Under the pieces are notes generated by a model, which was not told where the DNA came from, searched no databases, and saw only the letters and a program-made list of their open reading frames with translations. A program made the translations under genes and the position numbers. Positions 15,001-29,999 of a DNA stretch of 64,000 nt are shown here, in pieces. This DNA is from Yuukianura sp. NJ FZ-2021 (taxonomy: Eukaryota), in NCBI GenBank assembly GCA_046563655.1, contig CM102284.1:4774001-4838000 (forward strand). Direction: 5' to 3'. The stretch's first letter is position 1; every line of letters begins with the position of its first letter.

Positions 15001-18000
15001 ACTTCCCGATGAATTTAAAGTGGAAGTTAGCAAAAAGATTGGAGAGATTGGTGGAGATGAAGAGGAAAAGGAGCACGAAAACCCAGAAACCTTCAAGCAA
15101 GAAGAAGACGAGCAGTTACTGCATTGGATCCAGAGTCGACCACAAGACTGGACCCTTCCTTGGGGAAATACTGGAATAATCTATGGGTGGGGCCATAACC
15201 ACAGAGGTCAACTTGGTGGAGTTGAAGGGGCTAAAGTGAAGTTACCAACGCCATGTCACGCTCTGTCTGCAATTCGACCTGTTCAAATTGTCGGCGGAGA
15301 GCAAACGCTGTTTTTGGTGACTGGAGACGGAAAAGTTTATGCTACAGGTAAGATCTCAGAAGTATTTTGCAATTTTAGAAAAAACTTGAATTTTTGAAAG
15401 TTTTTGTTAAAAATACTAAATAAGTATTTCACTGTTCACAGGGTACGGTGCGAGTGGACGACTTGGAATTGGAGGAGTCGAATCTGTCAATACCCCAACG
15501 CTTGTGGAATCAATTCAGGACGTTGTTATTAAACGTGTCGCTGTTAATTCAGGCGGAAAACATTCTTTAGCGTTAAGCATTGACGGCACCGTGTACTCGT
15601 GGGGTAAGCCTTATCCAGTATCACGCGAAACTCTAAAATTAAGCGCTGGATACTTAGATTCATGGCTACCGAAATGTTAAACACTGGAATAATTTTAAAT
15701 CTTTAATTTTCTAGGTGAGGGAGAAGGTAAATTGAACTATTGTGAATAATGGAAATATTTTTTTAAAGGTATATTTTATAACTGATTTTGTTTTTTCCTT
15801 GTGATTAAGATGGCAAACTTGGACATGGAAATAAGAGGTGAGTCGTTCTTGTTGTGTTAAAATGTTTGAATTATTTTGATAATCGTAATTGAATCTGTGC
15901 TTTTGTGCTGTTTTCAGCAACTGCGATCGTCCGAGGGTAATTGAGGCTCTGCGTGGCAAAGATGTCGTTGGAATTGCTTGTGGTGGAGCTCACAGTGCTT
16001 GTTTTACAGCTCAAGGAGAATTGTACACTTGGGTAAGGTTCTTTTTGATTTGGATTTTTGTGAAGGAAGTGTGCAAATCGGTTGAATTTTGTAATTTTTG
16101 GGTTGTTCTATTTAGGGAAAAGGAAGGTATGGAAGGCTGGGGCATGGTGATGGCGAAGATCATCTTAAGCCAAAGTTGGTGGAAGCGCTGCGAGGTCATA
16201 AGGTTGTGGATTGTGCTTGTGGAAGCGGAGACTCTCAGACGTTATGCATCACTGATGACGGCTTCCAAACGTTTGTTTGGTCATTTGGGGACGGTGATTA
16301 TGGAAAGTTAGGGCGTGGTAAGTATGACGTTTTAATCGTTCAAGTTTTAGAATATTAAAAACGATCTTGGGGACCACGCTCATCTTTCGTTGAACTTTAT
16401 TTTTGCCTTAACTCGCTATATATTTTTTCTAGGCGGCTCCGATGGTTGCAAAGTTCCATTGAAAATAGATTCGTTGACGGGTCAAGGCGTAATCAAAGTC
16501 GAATGCGGAAGTCAGTTCAGCGTGGCATTAACAAGAGATGGAACTGTGTATAGTTGGGGTAAGTTCTAGTATTTCTCTTCATTTTTATAGAAGTATTTCA
16601 GTAATAAAATTAATTATGAATTGTTTCTAGGAAAGGGAGATTATCACAGGTTAGGACATGGCTCCGACGATCATGTCAGGCGACCGAAGAAGATTGCTGC
16701 GCTTCAGGGGAAGAAAATTATTTGTATTGCAACTGGATCGCTTCACTGTGTCGCTTGTACTGATCAAGGAGAATGTTATGCATGGGTAATAATCTGCTGC
16801 GTAAAAATTGCAATTACGTTCAGAATTTCACGAATTGAGTTAACTCCGATCTCGTTTTCGTACTTAGGGAGACAACGATGAGGGTCAGCTTGGAGATGGA
16901 ACGACAAATGCAATACAAAGACCACGCCTAGTCAGTGGCCTTGGAGGAAAAAACATCAACCGTACGTCATTTTTACGTCATCAAACATAATTTTTTTTTT
17001 GAATTTTTGCTTTAGAATTTCTACAGAAGTAAAATTAAAACGGATTTTCAGGTTGTAGTTCGGGTTCTGCTCACTCTTTGGCTTGGTCCACTTCACGACC
17101 ATCTTCCTCTGGACATCTTCCTGGAGAAATCCCTATGGAATATGATTTGCTTCAAGAGATTCCACTACTGGCTCTCAGAAACCGACTCCTGCTACTTCAC
17201 TACTTTTCAGACATTTTCTGTCCAATTATACCAATGTGGGATTCGGATTCAACGGATGAAAACCAACATTTTGATCCAAATAACCTACGGGGTCTGCTCG
17301 TTTCAAATTCAAAAGAAACAGCTTTCAGGAAGATCATTCACGGCACGATGGTGAGGGACAAGCAACACGGTCCGGTCATAGAACTCAATCGGATCCAAGT
17401 AAAGAAAGCGAGAGGGAAGGGTGGATTAGCTGGGCCTGATGGAACTAAATCTGTTTTTGGACAAATGGTGTCCAAAATGCATCTTCTCACTCAAAATTCT
17501 CTACTACTGCCACATCGAATTTGGAAAGTAAAGTTTGTTGGAGAAAGTGTTGATGACTGTGGGGGTAAGCACAGAAAACTTCCAAAACGACTGTAAACTA
17601 CCTCTGAAAATGAATTTTAAAAGTTTTTCTAAAAATTATGTGTTTCCTAGGTGGATTCAGTGAGAGTATTGCTGAAATGTGTGACGAGCTGATGAACGGT
17701 TCAGTTCCAATTCTTATTCCAACTCCGAATGGTCGAGAAGAAGCTGGAACCAGTCGTGACTGCTTTCTCTTCAATCCATCAGCGAAATCGAGTCTTCACA
17801 TGAAAATGTTTAGATTCCTTGGTAAGGCCGCCGTTTCGATGCTTCGAATTCGTAGAATCGTAGAAAAAGAGAAACATACCAGACAGTTTTTTTTTAATTT
17901 TAGGAATACTCATGGGAATGGCAATTCGGACCGGCAGTCCGTTGAGCCTGAATCTAGCAGAACCTGTGTGGAAACAATTGGTTGGAATTCCGCTGTCTGC

Positions 18001-18992
18001 AAATGATATCACTGAAGTTGACAGAGACTACATCGCTGGGCTTATGTACATTCGAGATTTTGAAGGCGACGAGAAAGCGATTGAGTACTTGGATATGCCG
18101 TTCTCCACGCCTTCCGCAAGTGGCCAGGAAATTCATCTGTCTTCCATTCACAAAACAATCACACTGGAAAATCGGCACGAGTATTTCAGTCTTGCACTTC
18201 AATTTCGGTAAGTCTCTCTGGATCCAAAATCTCCAAGTTTTAATTCTTTTCGAAATGTCAAACATGATTTGTTACGCATTTGTTTTTAGGTTGCATGAGT
18301 TTGATGAAGCTGTTGCTGCCGCGAGGGAGGGAATGGCTCGTGTTGTTCCAGTTCCACTGCTCAACTTGTTTACTGGCTACGAATTGGAGACGATGGTCTG
18401 CGGACATTCGGAAATTCCATTGGGATTGCTCAAATCTGTCGCAACATACAAAGGAGTTGAAGCAACGAATCCTCTAGTCATTTGGTTCTGGGAAGTAATG
18501 GAAGAGTTCACGAACGAAGAGAGGTCGCTGTTCATCCGCTTCGTTTGGGGAAGAACACGACTGCCGAGAACTATTGCAGATTTTAGAGGCAGAGATTTTG
18601 TTTTTACGGTAAGCTAGTCTTGAAAATCATGAATATTCTGGCTAAATAACTTAAGAGAATTGGCTATTTGGAAAACTAATTGTTTTGCACCTAAATTCCA
18701 GGTGATTGACAAGTACAGTCCACCGGATCACTTTCTTCCAGAGAGCTACACATGCTTCTTTCTACTCAAGATGCCAAGATACTCTTGCAAATATGTTCTA
18801 CGAGAAAAGTTAAAATATGCTATCCATTTTTGTAAATCAATTGACACGGATGAGTACGCGAGAGTGGCCATACCAGGAAATGGTCATGCTAATGGCGACG
18901 CTTCATCTGTGGAAGAAGAATTTCAGAGTCCAGTGAGTGACGAACCGATAATGCTGGACTACTCTTCACCAAGCGGTTCCGTACATTTTTAA
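1..18992 (+). CDS. HERC2: HERC2 giant HECT E3 ubiquitin ligase (multi-exon; 5'-partial, start codon just upstream of window)
   Basis: Window opens with [28 protein letters not shown] (HERC2 N-terminus). Domains in order: RCC1-like RLD1 (~1670-3260), cytochrome-b5-like ([12 protein letters not shown], ~5180-5470), MIB-HERC2 ([13 protein letters not shown]...[13 protein letters not shown], ~7660-7925), ZZ finger ([19 protein letters not shown], 10376-10510), DOC/APC10 ([13 protein letters not shown]), RLD2, RLD3, HECT with [19 protein letters not shown] at 18990-18992. Short GT-AG introns join the ORF fragments. Confidence 0.97.
7390..7450. repeat. Short AT-rich (TATAATAATTC)-like tandem repeat in a HERC2 intron
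   Basis: About 4-5 degenerate copies of ATAATAATTC/TATA are directly visible. Confidence 0.7.
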
Positions 18993-19163
18993 GGCATAGT
19001 TAAATAGCAAGTAGTTTTTAACTCTTTGTAATCAGTCAAATTTATGGAAGTGGACTGCTATTGTACCTGTTGTTTGATAATTACTTAAATTGTCAATTTT
19101 TATTTTGTTTTGTTATTCTCGTCATTTTCCAAACTTTGTACCAAAGACTTACTAAAAACAAGA

Positions 19164-19169
19164 AATAAA
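19164..19169 (+). promoter_or_regulatory. Probable HERC2 poly(A) signal
   Basis: AATAAA about 170 nt after the HERC2 stop codon. Confidence 0.55.
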
Positions 19170-19249
19170 TTCAGGAAGTACTGCTACAAATTATATCTAC
19201 AACGAATTCATTCAGCGAAACATTGTAACTTACTCCAAACCGTCTTTAC

Positions 19250-19520
19250 AGATCATTCTGAAATCGGTCGTGAAGGAATTAGCAACTTACTGCATTCCAT
19301 TTCTGAGATATAAATTTTGAAAGTTTTCGAAATTTTGGAAATGAATTTTGCGTTGCGAAGTTTTGGCTGTGCTTGGAAACTGTCCGGAGCTATGCGGATA
19401 TTAGGCAACTCAAAGAGGCTCCTCTCCTTCCTCAACTTTTTTCCCTCCGGTGGCCTCCCCATACAAAAAGCACACGAGAGCAAAAGACCTATCTCGCCTC
19501 TTCGCTTCGTACGATCCCCT
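19250..19520. repeat. Diverged ~270-bp repeat, copy 1 (probable non-autonomous interspersed element)
   Basis: Shares colinear blocks with 20049-20326: AGATCATTCTGA, CCGGAGCTATGCGGA (19384/20192), CTCCTTCCTCAACTTTT (19424/20232), CCATACAAAAA. Confidence 0.8.
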
Positions 19521-20048
19521 GTCAACTTTTCTGCTCTCTCGAAGGCCTCCCATGTAAAAGACTCTTTAGAAACTTGAACTTGGAGCTCACGCTCATTTCC
19601 ACGGCTAGTACAGTTCTACCACTCAAGACTCAAGTCCATCGATAGTACATCGCCCGCATCTATCTCCTTTGCAAATATCCTTACACTTAATTTCGCATAA
19701 AAATTTGCAAACAATCTTACATTTAAAATGTTTTCAAATTTCGAAATAAAAAACGTTTGCATCGTATGTCTTTTCTGGTTTCTCATACGATCCTTATCCG
19801 AAAAAGAATTTAGAAACTTACGATACAGACGCACGGTTCATAATTTTGTCCCGTTTTAGAAAATTTGAAAAAATTCAATCTTGTAACGTTTCTGCTACTC
19901 CTTCGCTCGACTCAACTTGCAAAACATCTTTTCGCTTAACGCACTGCGAAAACTTTGCAAATAACGCCCCCTCAAAATTTTTACGAAGAGATTTTGTCAG
20001 AAATCAACCTATTCTTGATTTCGGTTTTTTTGTGCCAAAATATTGTTA

Positions 20049-20326
20049 AGATCATTCTGAGTTTAGGTGTGAAGAGAGTAGTTTGATAACATATTCCATT
20101 CTTGAGATATGAATTTTTTAAGTTTTTGAATTTGATGAATTTTTGGAAAGAGATTTAACATTGTGAGGTTGGAGGCTCCTGAAAAAACTGACCGGAGCTA
20201 TGCGGAGATTAGGCGAGTCAGAAAGCCTCCACTCCTTCCTCAACTTTTTGCCGCTGGCGGCCTTCCATACAAAAATTCGGAAAAGCAGAGAGGGGCTACC
20301 CGCCCCTTTGCTCCGTATAATATCCT
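20049..20326. repeat. Diverged ~270-bp repeat, copy 2
   Basis: Same-orientation, colinear similarity to 19250-19520. Confidence 0.8.
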
Positions 20327-20725
20327 ATCTCAAATCGACCGAATTCACTCCGGACACTTTTCAATTGCTCAAATTACAAAATTCAAAAAATTTCCACTTT
20401 CTTGCAATTTTTGCAAACCCATCGACTGGTTGATGTTGCAAAACAACATTTCGCATACTTTAGTGCAAAAATTTTGCAAAGAGTGCATTTTCAACATTTG
20501 TTTTGAGAAAATTCATGGAATTCATTGCTTTTCAAGTTTGGATCAACGGATAATAAAAGTTTTGCAATTCTACAAGTGAGGAACTTCGCATGTTTTCGTT
20601 TACGCGTTCATTTCGTTGCTGAACATTAAAATTTTCATGAAAACTATCTTTTTTATTTTCGCTATACCCTCACGCCGTGTAAAACTTTTCTGCTTTTGCT
20701 TATGGAACTTCTGTTTTTGCACCAT

Positions 20726-21075
20726 GGAAGAAAATGATTAATTTTTATGCGGCGCCTAACTTGCAGCAAAAAAAAAAACCTCAGCTCTCTTTTGTATTTC
20801 GAAATTAAAAACTTGCAGCGATTTCTTATTATCGCCTCACATATCAAAATGAAAAGCATCGAAAAGCGAAATTTCGCAGACTAGATTTGAATAAAAATTT
20901 AAATTTTTCCTGTTTTTCATTACTGGTACTGTATCTGTTCACGCCGCATTAAAAATATTATAATTCTTGTATCCAAATTTCCGTTTCCATACCCAGGACG
21001 AAAATAAGAAATTTTTAGGTGGCGTCTAATTGTAGCAAAAGAAAATTCCAATTTTGTTTCCTGTGTTTCGAAATT
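20726..21075. repeat. Second diverged direct repeat pair (~80 bp; 20726-20806 and 20996-21075)
   Basis: GGA.GAAAAT...AATTTTTA...GGCG.CTAA.T..AGCAAAA...TTTCGAAATT occurs twice; TTGCAGCGATTTCT recurs near 20813 and 21220. Confidence 0.55.
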
Positions 21076-21645
21076 TTGGCAAACCAAATCACTTCTAAAT
21101 CCAAATTAATCTAAGTAAATCAAATTAATTTAACCAAATACATTTAAATTTTATTAATTAAATGTAACGTGCTCTATCGCTCTAATAAGTATAGAATCTA
21201 ACCTGCGAATAATCTTACCTTGCAGCGATTTCTAGGGATCGAGCGCTGTTCACTGTTCTTTCATTAAAAATAATATTAATATTGAACTTTATGACTTTTA
21301 TTTACAGAATGTAGCATTTCTTTTATTCTAAAGAATCATTCATAAAAAATCAACTTCATAATTAATAAGCAAATTAACAGTGTTCACTTTAAAAAAAAAG
21401 CTTTTCCAGCATCCCAGCAAACTTACCAAATCTAGAACGAGCTGCTAAACTTAATTAAAAACTAACAGCAATAAACAACCTTAGTTTTGATGCATTTTCC
21501 ATTTTTTCATGAAAGAAAATTTTTGGTATAGAGGCACATTTATAAATCGAGGAGAAATTGAGGTTAGACTCCAATCTGCTTAGAGAAAGCTATATAAGCT
21601 GCGAGAGAGGGTAGTTGGAAGAATTATTATTCCGCGAAAGTCGAA

Positions 21646-22267
21646 ATGGCGAATTTGGATGAGTTGATTGTTTACCAAAACTTTCGACGAGACGAAATTC
21701 AGCAGCGAATTGCACGATTGTCGCTGAAAGGAACAGTATCACCGATCAAGTATCGCTGCCAGCGAAGAAGCTCTTCAAAGCCATTGAAACGTTTGAACGA
21801 CGTGTACATTGGAGCAGTACCCGGTTCCAGTAGTAAGGTAAACAAACACCCTTACGTAAACACATCTTAACTTCAAAAATTTAGACTCTAAAAGCTAACT
21901 TGACCTTTCACCCGTGACATTTAGGCCCAAATTGCAAAGTGTACCAAATTATTGGACACAAAATTCAATGAAGTCTACCTTCACGCCCTGGGTCACTCCA
22001 TTCCCCGTGCTATGCAAGTAGCCGAAGCAATTAAGACTTTTTACGTTGGAACAGTGGATTTTACGACGAAAGAATCTACGAAAACATTCATCGGTAAGTG
22101 CTAAGACTAATACACGATTAAATGTTAATTTATCGATTAATGGTTTAATTTGGATACATTTAGATGATCTGATCCCGTTGGATGAGGATACGCTGCCCTC
22201 TCAGCAAACACGTACCACACCTCAACTGGAGATTCATATTTTCCGGACGGTTCCGATACCTCTTTGA
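21646..22267 (+). CDS. POP7: Ribonuclease P/MRP subunit Rpp20 (Alba-like); exons 21646-21837, 21925-22093, 22164-22267
   Basis: Spliced translation ...KRLNDVYIG...KAQIAKCTKLLDTKFNEVYLHALGHSIPRAMQVA...DDLIPLDED...LEIHIFR matches the POP7/Rpp20 pattern (NDIYV..KAQLARC.KLLD..EIYIHGLG.AI.RA..DELEP..IHI); canonical GT-AG introns with consistent phases. Confidence 0.85.
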
Positions 22268-22316
22268 GCTGACACAAACGGCAACGTTAATTGATTTGAA
22301 GTAACTTTCCTAAAAG

Positions 22317-22721
22317 ATGCTATTCACTCTTCAAGAAATTAATCAATGGCTAGGCATCACTGCCTACGAAATAGCGGTTTGGCTCTCTTCAATCCTCGTA
22401 TTTAGTATTCTTCTTACCCTGAAATGTGACGCTGAAGTGGACTTGTCGTGGTGGCTCGTATTCACTCCTCTGTTCGTTGGAGATGCCCTCAACGCTTATT
22501 TCGTTACAATCGTATGTATTAGAATGTATGTTTCAAAGAAAATTAGGCCAGCTCTCCTTCGAACAGCCTGGAGTCTTGTCCAGTTATTTTTAGTTTTCTT
22601 GTTTCAATTTCTTTTGTGCTGGAAGTTATCTGACCCTCAAATGTTTGATTACTCTGAAGTTATGTCACCACTTTTCATTCTGTCTAAATTTATTATGATC
22701 AGAGGATGTCAAATGCATTAA
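22317..22721 (+). CDS. TMEM203: Transmembrane protein 203 (single-exon, 134 aa)
   Basis: MLFTLQEINQWLGITAYEI...LSWWLVFTPLFVGDALNAYFVTIVCIR...F.FLLCWKL follows the TMEM203 family pattern; four hydrophobic segments. Confidence 0.9.
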   Translation: MLFTLQEINQWLGITAYEIAVWLSSILVFSILLTLKCDAEVDLSWWLVFTPLFVGDALNAYFVTIVCIRMYVSKKIRPALLRTAWSLVQLFLVFLFQFLLCWKLSDPQMFDYSEVMSPLFILSKFIMIRGCQMH

Positions 22722-23556
22722 AGATTTATGATATTTTTCTCTTTTTGAAATTTCGAAATTCTACTATTTACATTAATTGAATTATCATCGAATTAATTAA
22801 TTAAATACGTTAGTTAAGTCAAACGCCAAATCAAAATTAATAAAAATCCACCCTGGATTGAATTTATTACAAGGCAGGGTTGATAAATAAAACGTTTAAT
22901 TTGGATTCAAGGAAAAACAAAGAGAGAAAGTTACGAATCAAAGGAAATTCAGTCTCACAATTTCCAACATAAACCAAAATTTTAAAATTCGTATTTGTGG
23001 AGAAAATGCAATTTATTTGAATCGCAGTTTTAAATTTTAGCATTGTAAAAAAAAATTGTAGTGGTAGAACTTGAACGCCAAGCAAAAATTAATATTTGTC
23101 TTTGCTGCTTTTCAGATGGAAAAAGAAATCACGAGAAAAATATTTTAGGCCGTGTGGAAGCAACGAATGATAATAATTTAAGAATTTTCAGCTTAATGGC
23201 GCGGAGATCAGGATTCAAATTTTTACTTATCCAATTCCAAATCAATTTTGTGTCTTTTGGAGTTGAGAATGATTAACAATTAAAATGAACATACAAAATT
23301 AACTTGTTTTGTTGTTAATTACGAATTAATAATTAGCACCTATTGTGTGAACCTCCAGTGAGTCTTCATTCAAAGGGTAACAAAACATCCGAAACCGATA
23401 TTTGTTATTTTCGTTATTTCGTTGTTGATATTTATTATAGTATTGATAATTTATCTGGATATGATTTTCAAATGTAGGGTTGTTCGGACTTCGGATTCGA
23501 TTACAACTACTATACTACATCACAATTCATATTACAAGTAGTGCTGGAAATAAGTA

Positions 23557-27049
<3,493 letters not shown>

Positions 27050-28298
27050 AAAAAGAGGACTTGAGCCACACCCCATTTCAAGTGTATTTTACAAAGTCAA
27101 ACGACTGACAATGTCGAAAACGTTACATCACACCGCGTAAATAGTCGATAAAAGGCATCACAATCACAATTCGAATTTTAGACATCACACAAATTATACC
27201 ACCGTAAGACTTTCTGGCATTTTTCGATTCTGCGAGATTAACTTTATTAATAAGGTACGGAACTAGCGTTAATTCGTTTAGCCAAAGCGATTAGTTGTAA
27301 AAGGCTTTAACAGAAACAAGGCGTCTGCCTTAACTGATTTACTTTTAGTAGGTTTATTACTCAGCGAGAAATAAGAGCTGACATTTAATACTTAAGTTTT
27401 TGAAATAAGTTGCTCACTGGCTGAGATAGAAACTTTGAGTTACGAAAATCCTGGATTTTTTGGTTAGTTGATTGAGATGTGATAAATATTAATTAAGGAT
27501 CCTAAAGTATGAATTTTGAGCAACAACAGTTGCATGTTGCTGCTGTTCGCCTGAATACTGCTTCTAAGCGCTAAGAACTTGGAAGCTCAAAACCAATCGA
27601 CTTTAGAAAGCTTGGGCCAAAGAGGTTTACAATCGCTGATTTCAAAGTGTTAAGTTAAATTTTGCGTGAATTGAAGTTAAGTTAAATGTTTCAGGAAAGC
27701 TTGCAAGTATTGGTAATTTTAAAAATATGAAAAGATTACTTTAAATATATCGGTGGTAAGAAACTTCAATGGGAAGTGAAACTGTTGGTGGTGACTAAAA
27801 TGCTGAAGCAGTATTTATTGAAATAAATTTGAATTTACTAAATTTACTAATTTACTTTTTTTTCATGTACAAATAGAATTCGAATATGACTTCAAGCCAA
27901 CACTTTGAACAGAACTCAAATCATAACGTTTTCACATTTTATAACATTACCAACATTTTCAGAAATGTTGCTTTACACATAGATGTAGGTTTTTTTTTGA
28001 ATTTGGGTTTATGAAAGTGTCCATAAGACATGAAGCTAACCCTAAAGTTTTGGTGGTTAGAAGGAATTAAGGAAATGGTGGTTAACTGAAAGTGGTTAAG
28101 ACTTTTAAGAGGATGCCACCATATTAAGTTGAGTTAAGCACAAAGCAGTGTTTCCATTAAAAATCTAATTCAGGAATTTAGTGAAACTTTTTTTTTTAAA
28201 TTTTCTTTAGTTAGGCTTTGGGTTTATTAGTGAGGAAGGGTGCGGTGCACGCATCAAGTTCTAATTCAATTAGAGCAATCTTTCAGCGGAACGCTAAA

Positions 28299-29176
28299 AT
28301 GGAATTTGGAATTGGAATCCGTATTGTGGCATTCGCTTCTTTTGTAAATTTAAATTTTTAATTTAAAAAAAATCAATAGAAAATCAAAATTTTCTAAAGC
28401 GAAAGGCTAACACTGAACAAACCGTTGATGATTTTATTTGGTTTTAAAGCTTTTGGGCGTACTTTTGCTTGGCGTCTGTGGTTGGACGTACCAAAAAATT
28501 GCCACTGGAGAAATTGGCAAAAATTCGACCCTCGCGGCACTGGACAAAGGAGCTACTGATGCTGCTAGTGCTAGTGGCCAAAAGGGACCACAGACTCTTG
28601 TCACTGAGATCCACAAAATTTCTGGACAGTACGCCGACCTACAAAAGGAATGGAAACAATTCAAGCCATTTCTAATGGGATCCGGTGGAGTGGCATTGGC
28701 TGGCGGTGTCGTCCAAGTCCTTACGGCATTAGCTCTGCTATGTTCCGGGACAAAGGTATAGTGGTTGACCTCTTGAAAATTGTGTTTGAGATTTGAAAAT
28801 CTTGAATGCTTTCCTCAATTTTACGATATCCGTTTGACCTTCTTCGTTTCTTGGATGGTTTTAGGGAGCGAGAAATCGCGTTGGATGCTTCAAGATTACG
28901 CATTTCCTGGTGGCAGTGGTTCTAGTTGCGGCAATAGTCGTTCCAGCCAGTTTTGACGTAAAGCATGATTCATTGTCGCATAAGCTAAAGGTCCTCCTGC
29001 AGCAAGTCAAGGACGAAATCCACAAGTCCGTGACTGCCGACGGTGAGTTTTCACCGGATGTGATCACTGCTTACTACGGAGTCATTGCCACCGATATTGC
29101 TGGAGTCCTCATCATCGTCTTGTGTACTTGTTGTCTCATGCGAAATGCTGAATATGACTACCGGCAATATCCCTGA
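28299..29176 (+). CDS. Uncharacterised four-transmembrane protein (tetraspan-like topology); exons 28299-28343, 28450-28755, 28865-29176
   Basis: Three phase-0 exons with GT-AG junctions give one open frame with four hydrophobic segments and juxtamembrane Cys (LCTCCLM); family not recognised. Confidence 0.7.
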
Positions 29177-29999
29177 ATCCAACGTTTTTTATTCTCAAGC
29201 ACGATGACCTTTCACTTTTTTCTTTTACCCAATCTCAATCATTTTCTCATTTCTGTTCAACACTTTCCCCAAAACAAAAAAGAGAAAAAAAAGTTAAAAC
29301 ATTCATTTGAAAGCCATAGATTTCCTGTTGTGGTTACCCAAAATATAAATATACTCTTGACATGATTGCGCTTGACACGCACTAACTTGACACGTTTAGG
29401 TTGAAGTAAAGTGCAAATTTTAATAGAGGAAATAAAATAAGAATAATATTTTCTATTTCTCTAAAGTACGATGATGACGAATAAGCAAAAATTGTCCAGA
29501 TTGAGTAGAATTTCAATCGTTTTATGGTTTAGCTAGTAGCTGCGTAATGCAGTCATTTCCCACAAATTGCCAGTTTAATTTCATCACGCTTATGAATGAC
29601 ACAGCATTTCTGAGGTGTTGTGTCTAAACTTAAAACTCAAATCGTAATTGAATTCCGTCATCCTTCATTATACACTTAAATCGCCAACTCGTGACTCTAT
29701 TGCTTAAAAACTAACATCATAGTTTAGCTTTATTATGTCAATACTAAGGCAATACTTATCATCTCTTGTCCTTGAGTTGTAAAGTGGAAGTGAAAACAGA
29801 TAGACTGTGTTCATAAATTACGAAAACAGTTTTTATCTATTAATTTATCCAAAAGTAATCTGCGATCAGAAGATTGCCCATCCACATTTTAGTTGAAAAA
29901 ATATGCCTTCTGTGTCCAGTTTTCAAAACTGGGACGTCCATGACCTTGTTAACATTAGATTAGTCTGTAAAACTTTGTGATTTGTCTAGACTTTCCAAA

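Noticed and set aside
1645-18265. Numerous 60-200 aa antisense and alternate-frame ORFs over HERC2 (likewise over TRIT1, Dscam and pol)
   Set aside because: Shadows of real coding exons with no independent motifs.
19373-20579. Similar short ORFs (RSYADIR...PLLPQLF / RSYAEIR...PLLPQLF) as a duplicated peptide gene
   Set aside because: The similarity follows from the DNA repeat; the frames diverge after the shared block, starts are non-ATG, and there is no splice or domain support.
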